From assembly GCA_044870765.1 (NCBI GenBank), contig JBIOZG010000018.1, positions 1-17,998 of the forward strand: 17,998 nt of DNA, written 5' to 3'. The notes beneath the pieces were generated by a model that saw nothing but the letters and a program-made list of their open reading frames with translations, made no database searches and was not told the DNA's origin. The position numbers and the translations under genes were made by a program. The stretch is from Nitrososphaeraceae archaeon. GTDB taxonomy: Archaea; Thermoproteota; Nitrososphaeria; Nitrososphaerales; Nitrososphaeraceae. Shown here piece after piece: positions 1 through 9,171 of the stretch; the first letter of the stretch is position 1; every line of letters begins with the position of its first letter.

Positions 1-548
1 CACGTCTGTAACCGGTTGGTTTCAGGCGCTTTTTACCCCCCTTCCGGGGTACTTTTCAACTTTCCCTCACGGTACTAGTATGCTATCGGTCTTGATTAAT
101 ATTTAGCCTTGGATGCTACTTTCACCCACATTCACTGACCACTGCCAAGGCCAGTTACTCTTATCACGGAAGAATCACCTTTCCAATCGTCTACTGGGGT
201 TTCACCATCTGTGCCAGTACGTTCCAGAACATTTCGACTACGAATTAGTGAACCTGTATTCCGTAACACACCACATCTTTCCTACATTACTGTAGGATAT
301 TCAGTTTGGGCTCTTCCGTTTTCGCTCGCCGCTACTAACGGAATCTCTTGTTGATTTCTCTTCCTCATCCTACTCAGATGCTTCACTTCGGACAGTTCGC
401 TCTCCCAAGCTCAAGCATGGGAGTTCATGGAGAGGTCTCATTCGGACATCCTGGAATCAACGGTCGCATGCACCTACTCCAGGCTTATCGCAGCTTGCCA
501 CGTCCTTCTTCGCTTATCAAGCCGAGTCATCCTCCAACCGGCGTCATT
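1..548 (-). rRNA. rrl: 23S rRNA, 5' portion (continues beyond window start)
   Basis: Reverse complement reads GACGCCGGTTGGAGGATGACTCGGCTTGATAAGCGAAGAAGGACGTGGCAAGCTGCGATAAGC and contains conserved LSU motifs (GAAGTGAAGCATCTGAGTA; CCGATAGCATACTAGTACCGTGAGGGAAAGTTGAAAAG). The 5' end is approximate. Confidence 0.96.
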
Positions 549-809
549 GCACCAGCACTTTACCACGGTTAGATATACTGTTGGTCTTAATCCTTTATGG
601 TCTACGCGAATTTCAGCATACAATGTAGCCACATCTCTGTCATTCAGGAAAAATTCCTGTAATCAGAGCATAGTTGCTTGTTCCTTTGCATGACGATCAT
701 TGTAAGCTCACGCTTACTAGTCCTTCATTTTCACACATTCTCAGCGTGAAAACTGCATCTTCGTGTTGGCTACACACCCTTTACACATTGGCATCCGGCC
801 TCTATCTTA
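549..809 (-). other. 16S-23S internal transcribed spacer (~260 nt), no tRNA recognised
   Basis: Lies between the 16S 3' end and the 23S 5' end. No cloverleaf or T-loop seen. Contains small hairpins (e.g. gtaagc-tcac-gcttac at 702-717) and the 3' arm of the 16S processing stem. Confidence 0.85.
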
Positions 810-2279
<1,470 letters not shown>

Positions 2280-2483
2280 CGATCTTTAATCTATTATAAA
2301 ATAGTACGGTCGGACAATCAAGTTATTGTGCATATTGTGTAACCATGTCAGATTCAATTGTATTCGAATCTCCATATTATGAGCGCAACTGGAGGTCGAT
2401 GAATCATGGAATGGCCAACTGACCAAAAATCATCTACGACGCCGCCTATATGATTGCGTTCCTAGAAATTCTTGTCTAATTAA

Positions 2484-2500
2484 GATATAAACGTTCGCTT
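2484..2500 (-). promoter_or_regulatory. Probable rRNA operon promoter (BRE + TATA box)
   Basis: Minus strand AAGCGAACG-TTTATATC, predicting a start near 2460 and a ~180-nt leader before the 16S. Confidence 0.65.
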
Positions 2501-2621
2501 GACTAAACTTTTTTTTAAGATCAAATTCGAAACATCATACTCCCTTTATTTTTGATACCCCAATATTAAGAATTTGATATAGGTAGACTTAAAATATTCA
2601 CACATAAGAATTACTTGTTCT

Positions 2622-3617
2622 ATGAAAAATAGAGTTTGTATATCCCATAAGGAAGACGTCGACGGCGTCTCTTCCGCAGCTCTTATCAAAACCGCATTTG
2701 AGGTAAATACAGTAATTCTTGTTGATTATGCAAACATGATTAAAACATTACGTAGTATGGTATCAAGCGTTCAAGAAGGCACAAAAAAAATAGATGAATT
2801 ATACGTATGTGATTTAGGACTAAGCAAAAAAAATGAAAATGAATTTGTAAAAATTCTAAAGCAGATGATCGAAGCAAAATGCAGTGTTACATATATCGAT
2901 CATCATGATTTGGATAAGAAGCTTTTAGCAGAATTAAAAAAAAGCGGAGTAAAACTTTTACACAGTACAAAAGAGTGCACCACTATCCATATTTACAATA
3001 AATACAAAAGAAAATTTGGCTCTTATCAGGCATTTCTTGCAGCTGCTGCGGCATTGACAGATTATTTGGAAACAAGGCCCATTGCATCTAATTTAGTGTC
3101 CAGATTTGACAGACAGTTTTTGATGCTCGAAGCTACTGCCTTGTCGTATATGATTTCTTCAAGCCAGCATGATAGCGATTTTCTTGCGACAATCGTAGAG
3201 GATCTGTCACAAAAAAAGTATCCCCATGATATTGAAGGCGGATTCCAAAGGGCCGAGAGACATGCAAGAAAGGTCTTAACTGTGGTAAAGTCCATTGAAA
3301 ACTCAATAATACTGGCCAAGAATTTGGCGCATGTTCAAATTAATTCTGAACTACCGTCGAGTATGGTGGTTAACTTTGTACTCGGCACGTCGGGAAAACC
3401 AGTTGCACTTGTATACAAGGCCAAAGACGATATCAATTCATGTATAATCTCTATCAGGGGATCGAACGAATGCAAAGTTCATCTCGGAAGAATTGTTAAA
3501 GACTTATCTTCCGCATTGTCTGGTAGTGGCGGTGGTCATGAGAAGGCCTGTGGAGCTGTTATACCCAAAGACAAGTTTCCAGAATTTATCAAACAGCTGG
3601 ACAAAAAATCAAGATAA
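2622..3617 (+). CDS. DHH family phosphoesterase with DHHA1 domain (RecJ/NrnA-like)
   Basis: Motifs HKEDVDG, CDLG, IDHHD and C-terminal SIRG...GGGHEKACG. TATA-like TTAAAATA ~25 nt upstream. Confidence 0.9.
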   Translation: MKNRVCISHKEDVDGVSSAALIKTAFEVNTVILVDYANMIKTLRSMVSSVQEGTKKIDELYVCDLGLSKKNENEFVKILKQMIEAKCSVTYIDHHDLDKKLLAELKKSGVKLLHSTKECTTIHIYNKYKRKFGSYQAFLAAAAALTDYLETRPIASNLVSRFDRQFLMLEATALSYMISSSQHDSDFLATIVEDLSQKKYPHDIEGGFQRAERHARKVLTVVKSIENSIILAKNLAHVQINSELPSSMVVNFVLGTSGKPVALVYKAKDDINSCIISIRGSNECKVHLGRIVKDLSSALSGSGGGHEKACGAVIPKDKFPEFIKQLDKKSR

Positions 3618-3639
3618 AGGCAATTCCTTTGTTTGCAGG

Positions 3640-3798
3640 AAAAATTATGGATATTGATAGAGACTAAATTATTCTGGATAAGCCGTTAGGCCTACCCAGA
3701 ATATGTTCCCCATCGGTTTGGTCGATGTAATTTTACAATCAAGATTAAGGCAATTTAAATGTGCTGGATTCACTATTCTGCGTCCAGCATCATCCCAT
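3640..3798 (-). ncRNA. Candidate structured small RNA of unknown class
   Basis: TATA-like TTATATAG (3826-3819), three hairpins (one of 15 bp with G-U pairs and a UAAC loop), 5'/3' end complementarity and a U-tract at the 3' end. Confidence 0.45.
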
Positions 3799-3872
3799 CT
3801 TCCAAATTCCTGATTTATCTATATAATCAAGTCTTCTGTTGTTGTTGACTTATTCTTGTTTACTGCAGCTTC

Positions 3873-4835
3873 TTAGTTTACCTTGAGTTTGTCCAAAATT
3901 CTATCAATTCTTGCAATTGGCTTATTCTCATTGTCCGATATTTCCTGATGAGAAGGTGGGTTAGCAAAGTATTCTTTATTATTTTCTGCAATCCTTTGAT
4001 GATAGGTTGGAACTAATTCGTTCTGATAAAAGGTACCAATCGGAATCTTATCTCCCCATTCGGTCGAATATTCCAAAATCTTGGACATCTTTTCATTAAC
4101 TTCGGATTCATCATTTATTGTTCCGTTATAGCCAGTGTCCTCTATTTTGTATATTCTAGGGCCTGTTGTCTGAGGTTCTAGTTTGTTTTTTCCCTGAAAC
4201 CATTCCCTTGTATGGATGTCATCATATGTTGGACATGGCTGAAGAACGTCAATAAAAGCTAAACCCTTGTGCTTTATTGCTCTTTGTATTGTATCTTTTA
4301 GATGTTTAACATCATATGAATAGGACCGTGCGATAAATGTAAATCCTGACACAAATGCTAGTGCAATGGGATTTACAGAATTGCTTGTATTTGGACTTAC
4401 AAGGGATTTTGTTTTTTCTCCCAGCCTAAGAGTAGGAGAAGCCTGTCCCTTTGTGAGGCCGTAAACCTCATTGTTAAAAATAAGATATGGAATGTCAACA
4501 TTTTTCCTGCCGGCTCCTACAAAATGTCCTGCCCCAATTCCAAGTCCATCACCGTCGCCTCCGACAGCTATAATTTCAAGATCGGGATTAGCAATTTTTG
4601 CACCTTGTGCAAATGGCAAAACTCTTCCATGCAAAGTGTGAATACCATACACATTAATGAAATGCGATGTTTTCCCAGAACAGCCGATTCCCGAGAAAAT
4701 AACTGCCTTATGTCGTGGGATCTGCATCTCGCTCAGCGCCATTTGAATCGCGTTTAATATTCCAAAATCTCCACATCCCGGACACCAATCATTGTGTACC
4801 GTTGTTTTATAGTCAGCTAGTTTAAGTTCCGCCAT
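3873..4835 (-). CDS. korB: 2-oxoacid:ferredoxin oxidoreductase, beta subunit
   Basis: WCPGCG, SGIGC, LHGR, TPP-binding GGDGD...NN, YGLTKGQASPT and QPCPT motifs. GGAGG SD upstream. 14-nt overlap with the alpha gene. Substrate specificity cannot be determined from sequence. Confidence 0.93.
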   Translation of the reverse strand: MAELKLADYKTTVHNDWCPGCGDFGILNAIQMALSEMQIPRHKAVIFSGIGCSGKTSHFINVYGIHTLHGRVLPFAQGAKIANPDLEIIAVGGDGDGLGIGAGHFVGAGRKNVDIPYLIFNNEVYGLTKGQASPTLRLGEKTKSLVSPNTSNSVNPIALAFVSGFTFIARSYSYDVKHLKDTIQRAIKHKGLAFIDVLQPCPTYDDIHTREWFQGKNKLEPQTTGPRIYKIEDTGYNGTINDESEVNEKMSKILEYSTEWGDKIPIGTFYQNELVPTYHQRIAENNKEYFANPPSHQEISDNENKPIARIDRILDKLKVN

Positions 4836-6780
4836 CTAATATAATCCTCCTTTCATTTGTACCAGATAATATAGCCTTTAGTGCAATATAAATTTCCGTT
4901 GTGGACATTGGTCTTCCATTATATTTTACTATCTTGTAATCAATTTTTGCCCCAGTATTTTGTTGGACGAGAGATGCTAACTGCGATGTGTAATTCATTT
5001 CTACATCTATTACCTGGTTGGCGTCGACCAAGAATTTTTTGACAGTTTCAGTGGGAAATGGGTGGAGTAATCGCACTTGAATAAATCTAAATTTGTTTCC
5101 CTCTTCTGATAATTTTTTGATGGCTTCTAAAATTGCACCCTTTGTAGAGCCCCAGCTGATAATGACGTTCTTAGCTCCAGGACCAAAATCATAACATGTC
5201 ACCTTATGGTCATCAGCTATTTTTTCTAATGCTATCTCTAGCTTTTTCATTCTCTTATCCATCATCTTGTTCCTATTCTCAGGATCCTCTGAAATGTGGC
5301 CTTCTTCCGTGTGTTCATCTCCGGTATTCCAAAATATTGCATTTTCTGTACCTATAGGAACTCTTGTGGAAACAGGAGAATCGTCGAGTTTGAATCTTTG
5401 AAAGTGACCTGCAGCACCCCCAACCTCATTTTTGTCAATATTATTTTTGAATTTTCCTCTTTCAATTTTGAGCTCATTGCTAAATCTTTTGCATGTTTTT
5501 ATGCTACTGCTAATTGCTTTGTCAAGCAAATGAATTACTGGTAATTGATAAATCTCTGCTAAATTGAATGCCTTTATTGCATCATAGAAAGATTCTTCGA
5601 TATCACCAGAAGCCAGTACTATTTTTGGAAATTCGCCGTGTCCTGCGTTTATAGCAAATAACAAGTCGCTCTGTTCGTGTCTTGTCGGTAATCCGGTGGA
5701 AGGTCCCGCTCTTTGATACATTGTAATTACTAAAGGGACCTCATTCATTCCAGCCCAACCTAGTGCTTCAGCCATCAATGAAAAGCCGGGGCCGGAAGTT
5801 GCAGTAGCTGTCCTAACGCCGGTTAATGAAGCTCCAATTGCCATGGTAACTGCAGCTATTTCATCTTCCGTTTGAACGACAATAATAGATCCATTTTTGC
5901 CGTTAGATTGGTCAATAATTTGATTTGATTCTAAGAATTCGCTCTCATCACTTGCTGGAGTAATAGGGTAATAGGTTTGAAATCTACAACCTCCAAGAAT
6001 TTTTCCAATTGCTGCAGCTTGACTACCTGAGACTAAAAGATAATCCTGTAGAGCGTCCTTAGGGGTAATTTTGTATTTAATAGTCTTAGGATCAAATTTA
6101 GAGCTCATTTGGGAATAGGCGTATTTGGCTGCTTCAATGTTAATAGTGACTAGTTTTGGCTTTGATCCAAAGACATCTTGAATAGCACTAGTCAGAGCGT
6201 CTTTTTTGATACCAAGTAAAGAAATTGAAGCCGATATGGCCATAACATTAACTACTCTAGCAAGTTTACTCAACTTAGGATCGTTCATTTTTATTGCCAC
6301 TGCTTCAATCATTTCAAAATATGGTAGACCGTATACTATACAACCTCTCGACTTTGCAAATTCCAGCATACCACTCAAATTAACAGAGTGTCCAGAGTCT
6401 TCCAGTAACTTGCGTATTCTATTACTTGCTTCAAAATCAATTGTAGGTACTTCCACTAATGTAGTTTCGGCGAGAGTCGAGTCATATATTATCACACCTC
6501 CGGAAGATACTCTGTCTGCGTGTCTGAAAACTGTCTCCGCATCAAATGATACTAGCATGTTGATTTCTTCCAAATGTGAGTTCACAGGTTTTTCTGAAAC
6601 TCTTATTGTGAAATAGCTGTGTTCTCCTTTAATGTTAGAATAAAATTCCCTCTTTCCAAAAATATGAAAGCCCTCTTTTGCACATGTTCGTGCAAAAATA
6701 TTTGCAGCTGAATCAACACCACTTCCCTGAGGTCCACCAATTAACCAGGATATAGAATTCACATTAGACATATAAGACAA
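4822..6780 (-). CDS. korA: 2-oxoacid:ferredoxin oxidoreductase, fused gamma-alpha subunit
   Basis: N-terminal GGPQGSGV, YYPITPAS, EDEIAA, ATSGPG, RAGPSTGLPT and SWGST motifs. Start is TTG 6780 or ATG 6771. Confidence 0.93.
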   Translation of the reverse strand: MSYMSNVNSISWLIGGPQGSGVDSAANIFARTCAKEGFHIFGKREFYSNIKGEHSYFTIRVSEKPVNSHLEEINMLVSFDAETVFRHADRVSSGGVIIYDSTLAETTLVEVPTIDFEASNRIRKLLEDSGHSVNLSGMLEFAKSRGCIVYGLPYFEMIEAVAIKMNDPKLSKLARVVNVMAISASISLLGIKKDALTSAIQDVFGSKPKLVTINIEAAKYAYSQMSSKFDPKTIKYKITPKDALQDYLLVSGSQAAAIGKILGGCRFQTYYPITPASDESEFLESNQIIDQSNGKNGSIIVVQTEDEIAAVTMAIGASLTGVRTATATSGPGFSLMAEALGWAGMNEVPLVITMYQRAGPSTGLPTRHEQSDLLFAINAGHGEFPKIVLASGDIEESFYDAIKAFNLAEIYQLPVIHLLDKAISSSIKTCKRFSNELKIERGKFKNNIDKNEVGGAAGHFQRFKLDDSPVSTRVPIGTENAIFWNTGDEHTEEGHISEDPENRNKMMDKRMKKLEIALEKIADDHKVTCYDFGPGAKNVIISWGSTKGAILEAIKKLSEEGNKFRFIQVRLLHPFPTETVKKFLVDANQVIDVEMNYTSQLASLVQQNTGAKIDYKIVKYNGRPMSTTEIYIALKAILSGTNERRIILDGGT

Positions 6781-6839
6781 TGAATTGCATTCTTCTCCAA
6801 TTTATTAATCAAGTTATAGATATTTAAAATATGAAATCA

Positions 6840-6989
6840 TCATCCGCCGCCAGTTGCAGCGTCATATAAGCAGCATTCGCATGAATCTCGTTCTCCACAA
6901 TAAGGACAAGAACAGGTGCAGGCTTCAATTGCAATACCACAAATCTCGCACGTAACTATTTCCTCCGGAGAATTGTTATTCGAAGACAT
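6840..6989 (-). CDS. 49-aa Cys-rich, metallothionein-like small protein (absent from ORF track)
   Basis: MSSNNNSPEEIVTCEICGIAIEACTCSCPYCGERDSCECCLYDAATGGG*. 9 Cys. The ORF spans exactly a GC-richer island within AT-rich intergenic DNA. AAAGTATAAG lies ~30 nt upstream. Confidence 0.85.
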   Translation of the reverse strand: MSSNNNSPEEIVTCEICGIAIEACTCSCPYCGERDSCECCLYDAATGGG

Positions 6990-7100
6990 CTAGTATCATA
7001 AAAGTAAACTAGCTAGAACTTATACTTTGCATTGGAGAATAATCGATGTTCTTTAATTTCTGAATATGAATAGATTAAGAAGTTTTTAACTAAGAATTTT

Positions 7101-7125
7101 AAACAAAAGAAAATAAAAAAGAAAG
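7101..7125 (-). terminator. Poly-U terminator of amoA
   Basis: CTTTCTTTTTTATTTTCTTTTGTTT about 12 nt after the amoA stop. Confidence 0.65.
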
Positions 7126-7136
7126 TGTATGTGGTT

Positions 7137-7787
7137 TTAATCCCACTTACTCCACGCAGCCATCCATCTATATGTCCAAGTATTGAGTTTCGCACCCAGT
7201 GCAGCTATCGGAACACTTAGCACAGCTCCAGCTCCCGATCCTAGCGCCACGGGACTATTGTAGAACTTTCCGACCTGAGGCTCAATTGGCGTCATATACG
7301 GAGGCAATGTTGGACGAGGATACTTGAATGCCATCTCCAGTGGATCTCTGACTAACAACAGATTGATCATATTGAATATTGGCAATGAAAGACCAACCAG
7401 CGTTCCGCCAATAATAATAGCAGCGTGTTTATTCCTTCTTGTTGCCCAATATGTCAAATCTAGCAACATTGCTGAAGGTATCCAGACGGGTGTTACTATG
7501 AAGTCATATGGATATCCTAGCGCAAACCAAGCTCCTTTGGCTACCCATGTATAGATAGTCATGATTGTTGCATAATATGTTGCAGTCCCTGGTACTCCGG
7601 TGAATAGCATGTAATAGATTGCACCAACTACAAGCATGGTTGATTGGGATATTGAGAACACTACGAATGATGTCCACGCCCAATCAGTGTAGAAGATGTA
7701 GTCTCCTGCGTTGATTGTCAATAAGGTACTATTTACAGCAACTACAACTATGAAAAGATAGTGTGTAGTGCGTCTAAGCCAGACCAT
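7137..7787 (-). CDS. amoA: Archaeal ammonia monooxygenase subunit A
   Basis: 216 aa/651 nt: MVWLRRTTHYLF...INAGDYIFYTDWAWTS...WTYRWMAAWSKWD. The true start is ATG 7787 rather than the TTG at 7793. Confidence 0.99.
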   Translation of the reverse strand: MVWLRRTTHYLFIVVVAVNSTLLTINAGDYIFYTDWAWTSFVVFSISQSTMLVVGAIYYMLFTGVPGTATYYATIMTIYTWVAKGAWFALGYPYDFIVTPVWIPSAMLLDLTYWATRRNKHAAIIIGGTLVGLSLPIFNMINLLLVRDPLEMAFKYPRPTLPPYMTPIEPQVGKFYNSPVALGSGAGAVLSVPIAALGAKLNTWTYRWMAAWSKWD

Positions 7788-7810
7788 TACCAAATGTCTC
7801 CTAGAGGTTC

Positions 7811-7825
7811 TATATAAAATTTTAT
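7811..7825 (-). promoter_or_regulatory. amoA promoter (A-rich BRE + TATA TTTATATA)
   Basis: Minus strand ATAAAATTTTATATAG ends ~24 nt before the ATG, implying a leaderless or short-leader mRNA. Confidence 0.7.
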
Positions 7826-7992
7826 TTTGATATTCTTAATAATGAAAGATGATAAATTTGATACATTTTGTAAACGATTTCAGAAATGCGCTTTGTGAAA
7901 TAGTTCAAAGATAAATTTAGATTATTCTAATGATCCTGAAATAGCTAACAAAGTCAAAAGTTCTTAAAAAAGTTAATAATAAAAAATAAAGT

Positions 7993-8286
7993 TTAGGCGT
8001 AGCCCAGTTTTTCTCTAGTGATTTTCATGATGAAGAAGAATCCTAGTGCTTCAATGACTGTTAAGACTGACAGAGCATAAAGTCCACTTGGTAATGGATA
8101 TGCCCATGGATACACAGTTACACCAACGTACACACCACCAGCCGTTGCAACCCAACATAGAATGAAGCCTATGATGTAAACTGGTGTCATCTTTTCTACA
8201 CGTCGACCGATCATGCGCTCTATATCGTCACTACTGCCCGTACGGCCACCTCCGCCGCCACCGCCATATCCCTTTGGTAAAGTCAT
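7993..8286 (-). CDS. amoX: Ammonia monooxygenase subunit X
   Basis: MTLPKGYGGGGGGG...DIERMIGRRVE...YPWAYP with two TM helices, adjacent to amoA. TTTAAAAA ~24 nt upstream supports ATG 8286 (97 aa). Confidence 0.9.
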   Translation of the reverse strand: MTLPKGYGGGGGGGRTGSSDDIERMIGRRVEKMTPVYIIGFILCWVATAGGVYVGVTVYPWAYPLPSGLYALSVLTVIEALGFFFIMKITREKLGYA

Positions 8287-8506
8287 TAATTTTACCATCA
8301 AAGGATTCCTTTTTAAATTTTGCGTCTGAAACAAGCTCAGCCAGTTTTTTGGTTAGAAATTCCTATGATTGCTATCTAGGATCTAAGAATATTACCCTAG
8401 GCAAGTCAATATAGCTATTAAATAATAGGTATAGATACTTTGAGAAAGTAAAGTCATAGTAAAGCATATATCTTCGTTAATTCTGGTATGGCTAGGTGTA
8501 AATTAT

Positions 8507-9064
8507 ACGTCCAACATAAAAATAGCGGTAGTTGCACTATTTGCGATAGTAATGTCCACTTCGACAATCATAGCAATTGCTCAAACTGCTGAAGGACATG
8601 GTGTTCAAGCTCAGCTTCAGAGTAGATTCGTAAGAATTCAAGATGAAGCTTTCTCAGCACAAACATTGAATACAGGTGATCAGCTGGTTGTGACTGGAAA
8701 CCTACAAAGTCTTGTAAACAAGCCATTAAGAGCATGGTTATCACTATTTAGTGAGTCAACCAATGCAGGTAACAGATGGGAGTTTATTGCAAGAGATCCT
8801 CCAGGAAATATATTTGATATTCCTCCACAAGGAACAATTCCATACTCAATTACTGCGAAAGCTCTTGAACCAGGTATTTACCATGTTCATACACAATTGA
8901 ACGTCGAGCATGTCGGTCCTGGATTGGGTCCCGGTCAAACTATTCAGGTGTCTGGCCCAGCAATCTTGAAAGCAGTTCCATGGGGCAATGTAGCATATCA
9001 GGTAATACTGATTGGTGCTGGACTCGGAGTAACGTTTGCAACAAGACCGTGGCAAGTAATTTAA
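8507..9064 (+). CDS. amoB: Archaeal ammonia monooxygenase subunit B (start uncertain: ACG 8507 or ATG 8552)
   Basis: AEG|HGVQAQLQSRFV mature N-terminal His, HVH copper motif, GPGLGPG, C-terminal TM and FATRPWQVI. The signal peptide continues in frame upstream of ATG 8552. Confidence 0.96.
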   Translation, partial: TSNIKIAVVALFAIVMSTSTIIAIAQTAEGHGVQAQLQSRFVRIQDEAFSAQTLNTGDQLVVTGNLQSLVNKPLRAWLSLFSESTNAGNRWEFIARDPPGNIFDIPPQGTIPYSITAKALEPGIYHVHTQLNVEHVGPGLGPGQTIQVSGPAILKAVPWGNVAYQVILIGAGLGVTFATRPWQVI

Positions 9065-9076
9065 AAGAATCCTCTA

Positions 9077-9101
9077 TTTTTTATCTTTTTTTAGTTCTTT
9101 T
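9077..9101 (+). terminator. Poly-U terminator of amoB
   Basis: T-rich tract (TTTTTATCTTTTTTTAGTTCTTTT) 12 nt after the stop. Confidence 0.65.
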
Positions 9102-9171
9102 ACTTAGTAACTGCTTAAGATAAAGCTGCTTAAAGTTAAGCTTCATCTATAAAATAGATGAGTCCAAAAAA

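Noticed and set aside
3640-3798. Identification of the intergenic element as 5S rRNA, SRP, RNase P or a C/D sRNA
   Set aside because: Lacks the 5S CCGAAC loop, the SRP helix-8 motif, the RNase P GAGGAAAGUCC-type motif and a CUGA D-box.
3703-3813. 36-aa plus-strand ORF MFPIGLVDV...
   Set aside because: No recognisable features; minus-strand RNA structure explains the region better.
7013-7195. 60-aa ORF overlapping the amoA 3' end
   Set aside because: Runs through the amoA coding region and its poly-U terminator; the Phe run is a terminator artefact.
8488-8592. Out-of-frame 34-aa ORF over the amoB start (MARCKLY...CTIC...CSNC)
   Set aside because: The CxxC motifs are a frame-shift by-product of xxT-GCx codons in the signal peptide, and its ATG may precede the TSS. 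A uORF or frameshift role is not fully excluded.
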